64,000 nucleotides of DNA from an uncultured Candidatus Saccharibacteria bacterium (GTDB lineage Bacteria; Patescibacteriota; Saccharimonadia; Saccharimonadales; 2-12-FULL-41-12): positions 4,624 to 68,623 of the forward strand of contig CAZTQB010000004.1 of NCBI GenBank assembly GCA_964615775.1, written 5' to 3'. Below the pieces are notes generated by a model that searched no databases, was not told where the DNA came from, and saw nothing but the letters and a program-made list of their open reading frames with translations. The translations under genes were made by a program, and so were the position numbers. Below, piece by piece: positions 17,525-27,353 of this stretch (the first letter of the stretch is position 1; every line of letters begins with the position of its first letter).

Positions 17525-18334
17525 TCAATAGCTTGGTGCAGCCGGCAAGCCAAAATACTCTTCGAGCGTAAGATTGCCAACTTTTTGTGAAACGTCAGTG
17601 CCGATATATCTGATATGCCAAGGCTCGTATTGGTAGCCGGTAACACTAGTTTTGTCTTCTAGATATCTGACGACGAATCCATATTTGGTTGCATTGTTTT
17701 TAAGCCAAATACCGGCTGCCGTGTTGCCGAAACAGGTTTCTAGGTCACAAGTGCCGTTGCCTAGGTCGATAGCAAGACCTGTTTGGTGTTCGCTGTATCC
17801 TGGTCTGGCACTATATGTGTCGGCTAGGGCCACTCCGTCGCGAGCTACCCAGCCGTTATATGTAGATTGCTGATTGGCATATGATCTGTAAGAGCTAAGA
17901 ATTTTCATGCCTACGCCAGCTGCCACTGCATCATTTAGAAGTTGGCTTAGGCTAGTTGCTGCTTCGGCTCGAACTGTGCCACCGGCGACTGACGTTAAAT
18001 TAGGTGGTACATAACTAGCTGATAGTGGGCGTTTTTTGTTGACAATTGCGGTTAATGAACTGGGGTCAGATATAGGTGTGGAAGCTGGGGTACTAGATGG
18101 TTCTGTGATAGGAGTTGGTTTTGGAACTACTGGGGCTGGCTTATTTTCAGTTTCTGTTGGCTGTGGTTGAGTGTTCGAGTCAGTCGTTTTTGCAGGAACT
18201 ATTGGGTTTTTGTGATCGTTTTTCGTAAACAAAAATACGCCTAAGCCGATCACTAAGAACAACACTAGTCCGTAAACAACTAACATTTTACGGCTTTTGT
18301 ATGAAAAAGACTTAAAGAGGAACTTACGCTTCAT
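17525..18334 (-). CDS. D-alanyl-D-alanine carboxypeptidase, VanY/peptidase M15B family, membrane-anchored
   Basis: N-terminal TM and a Pro-rich linker. SYRSYANQ, SEHQTGLAIDL and EPWHIRY Zn-peptidase motifs. Confidence 0.88.
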   Translation of the reverse strand: MKRKFLFKSFSYKSRKMLVVYGLVLFLVIGLGVFLFTKNDHKNPIVPAKTTDSNTQPQPTETENKPAPVVPKPTPITEPSSTPASTPISDPSSLTAIVNKKRPLSASYVPPNLTSVAGGTVRAEAATSLSQLLNDAVAAGVGMKILSSYRSYANQQSTYNGWVARDGVALADTYSARPGYSEHQTGLAIDLGNGTCDLETCFGNTAAGIWLKNNATKYGFVVRYLEDKTSVTGYQYEPWHIRYIGTDVSQKVGNLTLEEYFGLPAAPSY

Positions 18335-18340
18335 AAACAG

Positions 18341-18349
18341 ATAATATCA
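18341..18349 (-). promoter_or_regulatory. Extended -10 box TGaTATTAT, 6 nt upstream of ATG 18334 (minus strand)
   Basis: The minus strand reads aTGATATTATctgtttATG. No SD. Confidence 0.5.
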
Positions 18350-18353
18350 TATT

Positions 18354-18362
18354 TGCTATACT
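18354..18362 (+). promoter_or_regulatory. Extended -10 box TGCTATACT, 7 nt upstream of the orn ATG (leaderless-type)
   Basis: TATACT at 18357-18362, gap gtttgtt, ATG at 18370. Confidence 0.6.
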
Positions 18363-18369
18363 GTTTGTT

Positions 18370-18921
18370 ATGAGTATGGCAAATATTAATAAGGATAAAT
18401 TACCAACTAAATTACTATGGGTTGATTTGGAAATGACCGGGCTGAGTCCACAAAAGGACAAAATTATAGAAGTGGCCTGCGAGGTGACGGATTTTGAATA
18501 CAAAACACTAGCCAGTTATGAGGCAGTGATTAAACACACTAATGAAGTTATAGATAATATGAACCCTTGGAGTCAAACTCAACACCAGAAAAGTGGCTTG
18601 ATTGACAGAATAAAGTCCGAGGGCCGCGAAGAGAAAGAAGTTATTCACGAGCTAGTTGGGTTTATAAAAGCTCAATTTGGTAGCGAACCAGCAGTGCTGG
18701 CAGGTAATTCCATCCATAACGATCGAGGATTTATTACAGTCCATTGGCCGGAGGTAGAGGCGTTGCTACACTACCGCATGCTAGATGTGTCAAGCTGGAA
18801 AATAGTCATGCAAGCCAGAGGTATAGAATTTGCCAAAAAAGAAGTTCACAGAGCCTTTGATGACATTCAGGCCTCGATAGCAGAACTACAATATTACCTG
18901 CATGCCTTAAAAAGCCTCTAA
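18370..18921 (+). CDS. orn: Oligoribonuclease (DEDDh exonuclease)
   Basis: LLWVDLEMTGL, GNSIHNDRGF and HRAFDDIQASIAEL motifs. Confidence 0.9.
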   Translation: MSMANINKDKLPTKLLWVDLEMTGLSPQKDKIIEVACEVTDFEYKTLASYEAVIKHTNEVIDNMNPWSQTQHQKSGLIDRIKSEGREEKEVIHELVGFIKAQFGSEPAVLAGNSIHNDRGFITVHWPEVEALLHYRMLDVSSWKIVMQARGIEFAKKEVHRAFDDIQASIAELQYYLHALKSL

Positions 18922-18951
18922 TCTTAAGACTTCTGCAGAGTACTGGCCTTA

Positions 18952-18960
18952 TGCTAAACT
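18952..18960 (+). promoter_or_regulatory. Extended -10 box TGCTAAACT, 7 nt upstream of ATG 18968 (leaderless-type)
   Basis: TAAACT at 18955-18960, gap gttaatt, ATG at 18968. Confidence 0.5.
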
Positions 18961-18967
18961 GTTAATT

Positions 18968-19300
18968 ATGAAACACACCGAGGTTGAAGACTATATTTTG
19001 AGTATGCCAGCTGCATGGCTAGATTATCCTTTTGGTGAAGGGGTGGCAGTCTATAAAACTACTGATAATAAGATGTTTGCACTTATAGGCGAAAAGTCTG
19101 ATCCTTTGCAGCTTAGTCTCAAATGCGACCCTAAGCTAGCCGAGGTTTTAAGAGAAAAGTATGAGTCAGTAATGCCGGGTTATCATCTCAATAAAAAACA
19201 CTGGAATACACTAATTTTATCTGGCCAGTTAACTGGCGAAGAAGTTAAGGATTTGATTAGGCATAGTTATGAGCTAGTTACTGGTGGCCTGAAGGACTGA
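18968..19300 (+). CDS. MmcQ/YjbR-family DNA-binding protein
   Basis: About 110 aa. LDYPFGEGVAVYK and YHLNKKHWNT motifs. Confidence 0.8.
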   Translation: MKHTEVEDYILSMPAAWLDYPFGEGVAVYKTTDNKMFALIGEKSDPLQLSLKCDPKLAEVLREKYESVMPGYHLNKKHWNTLILSGQLTGEEVKDLIRHSYELVTGGLKD

Positions 19301-19921
19301 TACTTGCTTGTAGGCTTTTTCTAGTACCTTAAAGTCATTGCCGGCAGATCCGTTGGACGAGGATTTTACTTCAATCTGGTAGTCTTCTAAGTTTTTATTG
19401 ATTAAGTTGAGTAAAGTTTCGTCATAGCGGCCACTTTTTTCTGCACTGGCTAGTAGTTGGTCGGATTCTTTATTTCGACTTGATGATAATTGCTTAGATA
19501 GATCTTTACCCTTGATACCGCGTTTTTCTAGTCGGCCCATCAGTTCTTTTTGGGAAGTTTCTAAGGCTAATTTGGTAGTTAGGGCATAGGCTTTTGTGTC
19601 AAAATTTTTTGCCTTGGTGTCGGCTAAACCGCTAAGACGGATGATTTCAGTTTGTTTTTTGGCTAGCTCAACATAGCTTTGGCTTCGATTTTTGTCGTCG
19701 CTACTTAATATTTTGATAAAAACAGAGATTATAACTATTAGTAACACCACCACAACGCCCAGTAAAATGAATTTACTGGCTTTACCATTTGGCAGTGGTA
19801 ATTTGCGTGCTGGTTGATTGGAATTATCGGTGATAAACGAATATGGATTTGAGTTTTCAGGTGTAGCTGGGGAGCTATTGCTAACTGGCGGGCTTGGGTT
19901 ATTTTGATTGTTTGGATACAT
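19274..19921 (-). CDS. Hypothetical bitopic membrane protein
   Basis: Pro/Asn-rich N-terminus, single TM (FILLGVVVVLLIVIISVFIKIL) and a helical ectodomain. The 3' end overlaps the convergent yjbR-like gene by 27 nt. Confidence 0.55.
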   Translation of the reverse strand: MYPNNQNNPSPPVSNSSPATPENSNPYSFITDNSNQPARKLPLPNGKASKFILLGVVVVLLIVIISVFIKILSSDDKNRSQSYVELAKKQTEIIRLSGLADTKAKNFDTKAYALTTKLALETSQKELMGRLEKRGIKGKDLSKQLSSSRNKESDQLLASAEKSGRYDETLLNLINKNLEDYQIEVKSSSNGSAGNDFKVLEKAYKQVSVLQATSN

Positions 19922-19986
19922 AACCTTATTTTACAACAGATCTGGGTGTTTCGGCCATAGATTAGGTGATATCTACCGCTAACCTC

Positions 19987-19992
19987 TATAAT
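19987..19992 (+). promoter_or_regulatory. -10 box TATAAT, 6 nt upstream of ATG 19999 (proposed dnaG start)
   Basis: ctcTATAATaaatgtATGGAT. Supports ATG 19999 over the GTG at 19966. Confidence 0.5.
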
Positions 19993-19998
19993 AAATGT

Positions 19999-21744
19999 AT
20001 GGATGCGGTCAGTGAGGTCAAAGCTCGACTAAATATTGAAGATGTGATTGCTGAATATGTTAGCTTAAAGCGGGCTGGTAAAAATTACAAAGGCCTTAGT
20101 CCATTTACGTCGGAGAAAACACCAAGTTTTGTGGTTAGTCCTGATAAGCAAATATGGCATGATTTTAGCTCTGGTAGGGGTGGCGATATGTTTAGCTTTG
20201 TTCAAGAAGTTGAAGGTTTAGACTTTAGAGCAACTTTAGAGCTATTGGCTCGCAAAGCCGGAGTTGACCTTGATAAGTACCAGAAATCTCCTGGTAATCG
20301 CATCGACAAAGACCGACTTTATGAAATTTTAGAAAAAACTACTAAATTTTACCAGGCTAACTTACTGGCTAATCGACAAGCTCTGAACTACATAGTCAGA
20401 AAACGTGGTTTTAACAAGCAAACTTTGATTGACTTTAGACTGGGATATAGTCCAAATAATGGTGCCGCTTTGGTAAAATTTTTGACCAAAGAAGACTATT
20501 CTATAAAAGAGATCAGCATGGCTGGTTTGACGAGCCAAAGACGAGTTGGGCTAGGAGACATGTTCAGAGGGCGGATTATGATACCGCTTGCTGATCAGTT
20601 TGGCAAAACTATTGGTTTCACGGCCAGAATTTTGGAAGATAACCCTAATGCACCGAAGTATATCAATACACCGTCGACTCCTCTGTACGATAAGTCAAGG
20701 CATGTTTATGGGCTACACTTAGCAAAGAAGGCCATTCAAGCCTCGAAATTTAGTGTGCTTGCTGAAGGTAATTTAGATGTAATAAGCTCACATCAGGCTG
20801 GAGTTAAAAATGTGGTGGCGACGGCTGGCACTGCTTTAACACTGGCTCAGCTTAAAACACTCGGGCGATTTTCGCCTGATGTACGCTTAGCATTTGATGA
20901 GGACAGAGCTGGTATAGCTGCTAGCGAAAGAGCAATTCCACTTGCTTCACAGGCTAACGTGCGGCTGAGTGTAGTGACAATCCCAAATGGTAAAGATCCT
21001 GATGAGTTAATTCGTCAAGATGCTCAACTTTGGCAAGAAGTAATCGAGAAGTCAGAATACGCTATTGATTGGCTATTTAATCAACATCTTAAAACGATCG
21101 ATACTGATTCAATTGAGGGTAAAAAACAATTAGCAACGACGGTCTTACCTGTACTGAGTGGCTTATCGAGCCAGATTGAGAAAGACCATTACATCTCTAG
21201 GTTAGCCGATCTGTTAAAAGTTGATAAAAGCTCAGTTATCTCTGAGCTGAGTGGAATGAAAGCGACTGAACCTGCTAGACGCCTAAAACAGGTTAAACCG
21301 ATAAGAAACAATGACACAAATCAACAAGAACAGATTAAGGTGGGCGATAGATTACTGACAATTCTGCTGATGATACCAAAAACTCGACAAATTTTACCAA
21401 AATTAGAGGAAAAGATGTTTGTGAGTGATAATGCTAGGCGGCTCCTCTTGTTTATAAAGTCTAATCCAGAGTTTAACGGTGACGTGAAAAATGCTAGAGA
21501 CTTGAAAGTATTGAGTGAATATGTAAAAATTATTATATTACAATTTGAGGAACTATACGCCAAAGTCGACCCGTTAGATCTCCAAGATGAAATTGATCGA
21601 CTATTTTCAAGGCTAGTTGAACTTTACGTAAAAGATCAAAAACACCAAATTATCGAAAAAATGAATAATGCCAAAGAGTCTGAGATGAATCAGTATCTCA
21701 CAGAGGTGAAAAACCTTGATCAGCTCTTGAGCAGTCTTAAATAA
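19999..21744 (+). CDS. dnaG: DNA primase DnaG
   Basis: N-terminal Zn-ribbon-homologous region (SPFTSEKTPSFVVSP..WHDFSSGRGGD), RNA polymerase and TOPRIM domains (EGNLDVIS, DEDRAGIAA). The ORF is open from 19966 but ATG 19999 matches homologue N-termini. Confidence 0.92.
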   Translation: MDAVSEVKARLNIEDVIAEYVSLKRAGKNYKGLSPFTSEKTPSFVVSPDKQIWHDFSSGRGGDMFSFVQEVEGLDFRATLELLARKAGVDLDKYQKSPGNRIDKDRLYEILEKTTKFYQANLLANRQALNYIVRKRGFNKQTLIDFRLGYSPNNGAALVKFLTKEDYSIKEISMAGLTSQRRVGLGDMFRGRIMIPLADQFGKTIGFTARILEDNPNAPKYINTPSTPLYDKSRHVYGLHLAKKAIQASKFSVLAEGNLDVISSHQAGVKNVVATAGTALTLAQLKTLGRFSPDVRLAFDEDRAGIAASERAIPLASQANVRLSVVTIPNGKDPDELIRQDAQLWQEVIEKSEYAIDWLFNQHLKTIDTDSIEGKKQLATTVLPVLSGLSSQIEKDHYISRLADLLKVDKSSVISELSGMKATEPARRLKQVKPIRNNDTNQQEQIKVGDRLLTILLMIPKTRQILPKLEEKMFVSDNARRLLLFIKSNPEFNGDVKNARDLKVLSEYVKIIILQFEELYAKVDPLDLQDEIDRLFSRLVELYVKDQKHQIIEKMNNAKESEMNQYLTEVKNLDQLLSSLK

Positions 21745-21754
21745 GGAGTAATGA

Positions 21755-22882
21755 ATGCCTAAAAAATCAGTAGAAAAGACGATTGATATTTCAATTGAGA
21801 CAGTCAAGCAATTAGTTGAATCAGCCAAAAAGGCTGGTCGCATTGACCAAGACGAGATTCAGAAAACTATCCCTGATTCTCCAAAAAACTCGAAATTATT
21901 AGATGAGCTGTACAAGCAGCTCAGTGAAGAAAAAATAGTTGTTACTACGACAGATGAGGAAGAACCTAGCTCGACCGTTGAATTTACTGATGAGTGGACC
22001 GACGAAGAAGACGAAGAGGTGGTTTTGAATGATAAAGACTATATGGACGATATTGCTGATGATTCAGTGCGTCTTTACTTGCGTGAAATAGGAAAAATTC
22101 CTTTGCTTAAGACCGATGAGGAGTTAGAGCTTGCTCACCGAGTAGTGGCAGGTGATAAAGATGCTAAGGATAAGATGGCTGAAGCTAACATGCGTTTAGT
22201 GGTATCGATTGCTAAACGCTATGTCGGGCGTGGACTTGATTTACTAGATCTAATCCAAGAGGGTAATACAGGGCTACTTCGGGCAGTTGAGAAATTTGAT
22301 CCGGATAAAGGTTTTAAATTCTCTACTTATGCTACCTGGTGGATTCGTCAGGCGATAACTAGGGCAATAGCTGACCAGGCTAGAGTGATTAGGATTCCGG
22401 TGCATATGTTTGAAACTATTAACAAGCTGCTTCGGACTCAACGTCGCTTAACCCAGGAGTTAAACCGTGAACCGACCAATGAAGAGATAGCAAAAGCTAT
22501 GGAAATGGAAGTCGATAAAGTTGAACATATTATGAAAATCAAACAAGATATTCATTCGCTCGACGCTTCTGTTCGTGATGATGAAGAAGATAGTGTGTTG
22601 GGTGATTTTATCGAGGACGAAGACACAATTAGCCCAGAAGAATCGGCCACCAACCAGTTACTTAAAGAGCAAGTTAAAGATATGCTTGGAGGTTTGTCTG
22701 ACCGTGAACAAAAGATTTTGAAACTACGATTTGGCCTAGAAGATGGTAAAAACCATACTTTAGAAGAAGTCGGTCAAGAATTTAGCGTTACTCGTGAACG
22801 AATTCGTCAGATTGAAGCCAAGGCACTGGCCAAACTGCGTAAACACAAAGATGCTCGCAAACTCCACGACTACATCAAGTAA
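21755..22882 (+). CDS. rpoD: RNA polymerase sigma factor RpoD (primary sigma-70)
   Basis: Acidic region 1. Region 2 [18 protein letters not shown] and [17 protein letters not shown]. Region 4.2 [24 protein letters not shown]. Confidence 0.97.
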   Translation: MPKKSVEKTIDISIETVKQLVESAKKAGRIDQDEIQKTIPDSPKNSKLLDELYKQLSEEKIVVTTTDEEEPSSTVEFTDEWTDEEDEEVVLNDKDYMDDIADDSVRLYLREIGKIPLLKTDEELELAHRVVAGDKDAKDKMAEANMRLVVSIAKRYVGRGLDLLDLIQEGNTGLLRAVEKFDPDKGFKFSTYATWWIRQAITRAIADQARVIRIPVHMFETINKLLRTQRRLTQELNREPTNEEIAKAMEMEVDKVEHIMKIKQDIHSLDASVRDDEEDSVLGDFIEDEDTISPEESATNQLLKEQVKDMLGGLSDREQKILKLRFGLEDGKNHTLEEVGQEFSVTRERIRQIEAKALAKLRKHKDARKLHDYIK

Positions 22883-22885
22883 ATT

Positions 22886-22894
22886 TGATATCAT
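22886..22894 (+). promoter_or_regulatory. Extended -10-like TGaTATCAT, 6 nt upstream of ATG 22901
   Basis: Lies immediately after the rpoD stop. No SD before ATG 22901. Confidence 0.4.
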
Positions 22895-22900
22895 ATAACT

Positions 22901-23488
22901 ATGATAATTGGGTTAGCAGGTACACTTAATGCCGGTAAAGATAGCTTAGGTAATTTATTAGCTAAGCAGTACGGTTTTTTGCATATCTCTACCTCTGACA
23001 TGATTCGCGAGATGAAACGTCGTGAATATGGTGATGGTGCGGAGTCTTTATTGGTTCGCAACGACCCGTATATTAATAAGTTGAGAGATGAACGCGGACC
23101 TGGGTTTTTAGTTGATGCCGTTTATGCTGATTGGCAAGCTGATAAAAAAAGATACCCAAAAGGCTGTATTGCTAGTGCAATTCGGGCAATTGGTGAGGCC
23201 GAGACAATCCATAGGTTGGGCGGCAAGATAGTTTTTGTCGATGCTGATCCCAATATTCGTTACCAGAGGTCAATTGCACGTATGCGTGACGAAGGTGATA
23301 ATAAAACTTTTGACGAGTTTATGGCGGCGGAGCGGAGCGAGGTTGACGCTAATCCAAGCGATAAATCTGTTCAAAATTTGACTGCCATGAAACAGATGTC
23401 TGATGTGATTATCGATAATAATTTTGGCAATGTAGAAGATTTTTTGGTTGCGGCGGAACGTACGCTTAAATCTGCCGGTATTTTATAG
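22901..23488 (+). CDS. P-loop nucleoside/nucleotide kinase-like protein (dNMP kinase-like)
   Basis: The N-terminal MIIGLAGTLNAGKDS Walker A carries the GKD variant seen in dNMP kinase-type proteins. Confidence 0.55.
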   Translation: MIIGLAGTLNAGKDSLGNLLAKQYGFLHISTSDMIREMKRREYGDGAESLLVRNDPYINKLRDERGPGFLVDAVYADWQADKKRYPKGCIASAIRAIGEAETIHRLGGKIVFVDADPNIRYQRSIARMRDEGDNKTFDEFMAAERSEVDANPSDKSVQNLTAMKQMSDVIIDNNFGNVEDFLVAAERTLKSAGIL

Positions 23489-23493
23489 TACTT

Positions 23494-24561
23494 ATGGCAC
23501 ATGCTTCTTTAACCGAGTACAAAAATAGAGTTGATTTGGCAATTGAGTCTTACTGTCGTGAACTTTTAGCTACTACCAAGCAAAATTTTGGTTCAGAGGC
23601 TAAGTTGGTGGCTAGCGAATTTTGCAAATTTCTAGCAAGAGGCGGTAAACGTATAAGGGGTAGTTTGGTGATTTTTAGCTATCAGGCTAGCGGCGGTAAA
23701 GATAACCAGGCTATTAATCAGGTGGCTCTCGCAGTTGAGTTGATGCACGCCTATATTTTGGCAATCGATGACATTCAAGATAAAAGCGAACTACGACGTG
23801 GTGAGCTAACTCTACATAAAAAGTTTGAACACATTGCCAAAAATAGAGAAATAAACGATTCTCAACAGTTTGGGCTGTCACTAGCATTAAATGCTGCTTT
23901 GGTTGGATCGCATGAGGCAAATCGAATTATGCTTGAACAAGATTTTATTCCGAAAGACCTATTACTTGCAGTAAAAGAGTTAAATTCTGTCATGGTATCA
24001 ACTTCACATGGCCAAACATTAGATATTATTAATCAAAGTACCAATGAGCCTGTGTCTGAAGAAGATGTAAGTACGGTTCATGAGTTAAAAACTGCTCATT
24101 ATACAATTTATTGCCCACTTGTTATCGGCATGATTTTGGCTGGTAAGGCTGATCAAGCAAAGCTTTTGAGTAACTTTGCACTACATCTTGGCAAGTTGTT
24201 CCAAATAACAGATGACATTATAGGAGTATTTGGCTCTAAGCAGACTGGCAAAAACAATTTAGATGATATCAAGGAAGGTAAGGCAACTCTTCTCAGTACC
24301 TATACTATTAACAACCTAGCAAATGGCCAAAAAAATCGTTTTTTGGAGTTATTAGGCAAACCTAATATCACACAGGAAGAATTTATAGAAGCTCGTGATC
24401 TAATCCAGCAAAGCGGTTCTTTGGAATACTCTAGGCAGCTTGCCAAAAAAGAGCATGATGAAGCTATAAAATCTCTTCATGAACTAAAAGTTATCTGGTC
24501 CAAGGATGACATTGATTTTCTGATTGCATTAACCGGCCAAATTCTCTCTCGCCAAGCCTAA
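23494..24561 (+). CDS. Polyprenyl diphosphate synthase (trans-isoprenyl diphosphate synthase family)
   Basis: First Asp-rich motif LAIDDIQD. Second motif FQITDDIIGVFG...TGK. Confidence 0.88.
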   Translation: MAHASLTEYKNRVDLAIESYCRELLATTKQNFGSEAKLVASEFCKFLARGGKRIRGSLVIFSYQASGGKDNQAINQVALAVELMHAYILAIDDIQDKSELRRGELTLHKKFEHIAKNREINDSQQFGLSLALNAALVGSHEANRIMLEQDFIPKDLLLAVKELNSVMVSTSHGQTLDIINQSTNEPVSEEDVSTVHELKTAHYTIYCPLVIGMILAGKADQAKLLSNFALHLGKLFQITDDIIGVFGSKQTGKNNLDDIKEGKATLLSTYTINNLANGQKNRFLELLGKPNITQEEFIEARDLIQQSGSLEYSRQLAKKEHDEAIKSLHELKVIWSKDDIDFLIALTGQILSRQA

Positions 24562-24674
24562 CCTTAAAGTCAATCTGCTTTGGCAAACTTAGGTAAGTTT
24601 TTGTAGTAGGGATCCTTTCTTTATATTTTTAAATATTTACTAACTCAGAATCTTTATATGTAGCTTCTATTAGG

Positions 24675-24683
24675 TGTTATAAT
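24675..24683 (+). promoter_or_regulatory. Extended -10 box TGTTATAAT, 7 nt upstream of the polA ATG (leaderless-type)
   Basis: TATAAT at 24678-24683, gap ctggctt, ATG at 24691. No SD. Confidence 0.6.
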
Positions 24684-24690
24684 CTGGCTT

Positions 24691-27330
24691 ATGAAGCGGC
24701 TAGTGGTGATTGATGGCAAAAGTGTATTTTATCGTGGCTATTATGCCATGTCTGGCCTTAGTACTAAAGACGGTATACCAACTGGTGGAGTTTATGGTTT
24801 TGCGGTCATGGCTCTAGAAGTAATAAAGCGTCTTAGGCCAGACTATGTCTGTGTGGCTTGGGATAAGCCAAAGACCAATATACGTAAACGTCTAGCAATT
24901 TACGCCGATTATAAGGCCGGTCGGAAACCAGCACCTGATGATTTTTATGCTCAGATACCCCTGTTGCATGAACTTCTAGATGCTTTTAGTTGGCCACTCT
25001 ATGAATGTGACGACTATGAGGCTGATGATATTATGGGAACTCTAGCACTCAAGGCTAGTGAACAAAATATTGAGACTATTTTGGTTACTTCGGATCTGGA
25101 TATGCTGCAGCTAGTAAACAGCAAGGTGAAGGTATATGCTCTAAAAAAAGGCTTAAGTAATATTGAAGAATACCACCCTGAAAGTTTCACGCTTAAGTAC
25201 AGCATACGGCCAGATCAATTCGTAGACCTTAAGGCTTTAAAAGGTGATAGCTCTGATAATATTCCTGGTGTGCCGGGTATTGGCGAAAAAGGTGGTATAA
25301 AATTATTACAGGATTTTGAGACTCTTGATGGTATATATGAAAATATCGAGCTAATCAGTGGCTCGACCCATAAAAAGCTGGTTGATGGCAAAGATTCTGC
25401 CTATATGAGCAAGCGGTTAGCAGAAATTTGGCTAGATGCTCCTGTTGAGCTAGATCTTAAGGCAAAAGATGTTACGGATTGTGATAGTAGCAAAGTTATG
25501 AACGTCTTAAAGAAGCTAGAGTTCCGTAGCCTAATGCGTCAACTGCCAGAGGTGATGAACGTGCAAATTGACGAGACTTTGCCAACTGAAAAAAATTTTG
25601 ATTTAAGTCTTGGCAAACTAGAATTAATAGATGCAGATGATAAACTGGCGAAATTAGCCACAAAAGACTGGCAAGAGCTGGTCATGTCTAGCTATGCTAC
25701 TGGCAAAAATGGTAAAGGAGGTTTGTATTTGGTCATTGCTCCAAATATTAAGCAAAACTATGTTATTGATCTGCAGAAAATTTCAACCAAAAAACTGCAA
25801 AGTAAACTAAAAAGCACACTAGAAGATCTTGAAGTCAAAAAAATTGGCTATGACCTAAAATCAACAATAAAAGTTTTATTTGAGCTAGGCATAAAAATTA
25901 AAAATATTGAACACGATGTGCATGTGGGAGCATTTTTATTAAATAGTGTTCGACGGGAACAGTCCTTGACGGACTTAGCCAGGACCGATCTTGGTTATGA
26001 TGGGGGAGGACTAGATGGTTTATCGCCCGAGGAGTTTTTGGAGCGAAGTCCGCAAATTATGTCGGCAATTCGTGGACTATATAATTTTCAGGCTGAGCAG
26101 ATGAGCGAACTCACAGATATGATTACGTTAGCAGAGACAGTGGAGTTCCCGGTGATTCCAGTACTAGCAGACATGGAGTACAAAGGTATTAAACTAGAAG
26201 TGAATACTCTTAGAAAGCTTTCTAAACAGCTAGATGATGCCATTTCAGACCTTGAACAAACTATTTATGGATATGCTAATAGTGAGTTTAATATAGCCTC
26301 GCCGTCACAACTAGCGGATATATTGTATGGCAAGCTTAATTTGCCAACTAATTTTATAAAAAAAGGCAAAACCGGTTATTCTACGGCTGCAAACGAGCTA
26401 GCGAAGTTGCGACATCTTCACCCTATAATTGACTGTATTAGTAATTTTAGAGAAGTTACTAAACTAAAAAATACCTATGTAGATACTTTGCCAAGTATGG
26501 TTGATGAGAACTCGCGGATTCATACGACTTTCAATATGACAACGGCTCAAACTGGTCGCTTGAGTAGTCTTGATCCAAACTTACAAAACATACCAGTTCG
26601 GACAGAACTAGGTAATAAAGTTCGAGAGGCTTTTGTGGCCGATAAGGCCAATGTGTTGATTAGTGCCGATTATAGCCAGTTTGAACTAAGGTTGGCGGCG
26701 GTGTTGGCAGATGACCAAGATATGATTAATAATTTTAACGAAGATATTGATATTCATCGTCAAACTGCGGCTGAGATTTTGCGGATTAAGCCAGAAGAGG
26801 TGACTAAACAACAGAGATACGAGGCAAAGGCTGTAAATTTTGGTATTCTGTATGGTCAAGGTCCGCACGGATTAGCCGAAGGTACGGGTATGAGTTTTCA
26901 GGATGCTAAGTTTTTTATTGATCGGTATTTTGAAGTCCGACCTAAGCTAAAGGACTATATCGCTAAGACTCGTAAACAAGCAAGCGAACAAGGCTATGTC
27001 AAAACACTACTGGGTCGACGTCGGCCAACACCAGATGTCAGAAGTTCAAATTTTGTCTTACGCGAAGCGGCCTATCGGGCTGCTGTCAATATGCCAGTTC
27101 AGGGAACGGCTGCCGATCTAACCAAGTTAGCCATGGTAAAACTAGCCAAAAAACTAGATGACGATTGTCAAATGTTACTACAGATCCATGACAGTATTCT
27201 GATAGAGTGTCCCAAAACTAAGGCTGAGGGTGTAAGCCAAATGCTTAAAGATATAATGGAAGGTGTCTACAGTTTGCCTGTAAAACTTAAAGTAGATGTT
27301 GCTACTGCTCAAAACTGGGGTGAATTTTAG
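24691..27330 (+). CDS. polA: DNA polymerase I
   Basis: 5' nuclease domain (GDSSDNIPGVPGIGEKG) and polymerase motifs A (ISADYSQFELRLAA), B (RYEAKAVNFGILYG) and C (QIHDSI). The central 3'-5' exo-like region lacks an obvious DxE Exo I motif. Confidence 0.97.
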   Translation: MKRLVVIDGKSVFYRGYYAMSGLSTKDGIPTGGVYGFAVMALEVIKRLRPDYVCVAWDKPKTNIRKRLAIYADYKAGRKPAPDDFYAQIPLLHELLDAFSWPLYECDDYEADDIMGTLALKASEQNIETILVTSDLDMLQLVNSKVKVYALKKGLSNIEEYHPESFTLKYSIRPDQFVDLKALKGDSSDNIPGVPGIGEKGGIKLLQDFETLDGIYENIELISGSTHKKLVDGKDSAYMSKRLAEIWLDAPVELDLKAKDVTDCDSSKVMNVLKKLEFRSLMRQLPEVMNVQIDETLPTEKNFDLSLGKLELIDADDKLAKLATKDWQELVMSSYATGKNGKGGLYLVIAPNIKQNYVIDLQKISTKKLQSKLKSTLEDLEVKKIGYDLKSTIKVLFELGIKIKNIEHDVHVGAFLLNSVRREQSLTDLARTDLGYDGGGLDGLSPEEFLERSPQIMSAIRGLYNFQAEQMSELTDMITLAETVEFPVIPVLADMEYKGIKLEVNTLRKLSKQLDDAISDLEQTIYGYANSEFNIASPSQLADILYGKLNLPTNFIKKGKTGYSTAANELAKLRHLHPIIDCISNFREVTKLKNTYVDTLPSMVDENSRIHTTFNMTTAQTGRLSSLDPNLQNIPVRTELGNKVREAFVADKANVLISADYSQFELRLAAVLADDQDMINNFNEDIDIHRQTAAEILRIKPEEVTKQQRYEAKAVNFGILYGQGPHGLAEGTGMSFQDAKFFIDRYFEVRPKLKDYIAKTRKQASEQGYVKTLLGRRRPTPDVRSSNFVLREAAYRAAVNMPVQGTAADLTKLAMVKLAKKLDDDCQMLLQIHDSILIECPKTKAEGVSQMLKDIMEGVYSLPVKLKVDVATAQNWGEF

Positions 27331-27353
27331 TAAATAAATCTAAAATTAAAATT

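Noticed and set aside
19274-19300. 27-nt overlap of the convergent 3' ends of the yjbR-like gene and gene 19274-19921
   Set aside because: Both ORFs look genuine, and short convergent overlaps are common in compact genomes. No hairpin or other signal suggests a regulatory role.
23494-24561. Second Asp-rich motif of the polyprenyl synthase reads DDIIG rather than DDxxD
   Set aside because: As far as I recall, the DD(L/I)(L/I)GVFG variant is a known subfamily signature, for example in actinobacterial polyprenyl synthases. It is not evidence of inactivation.
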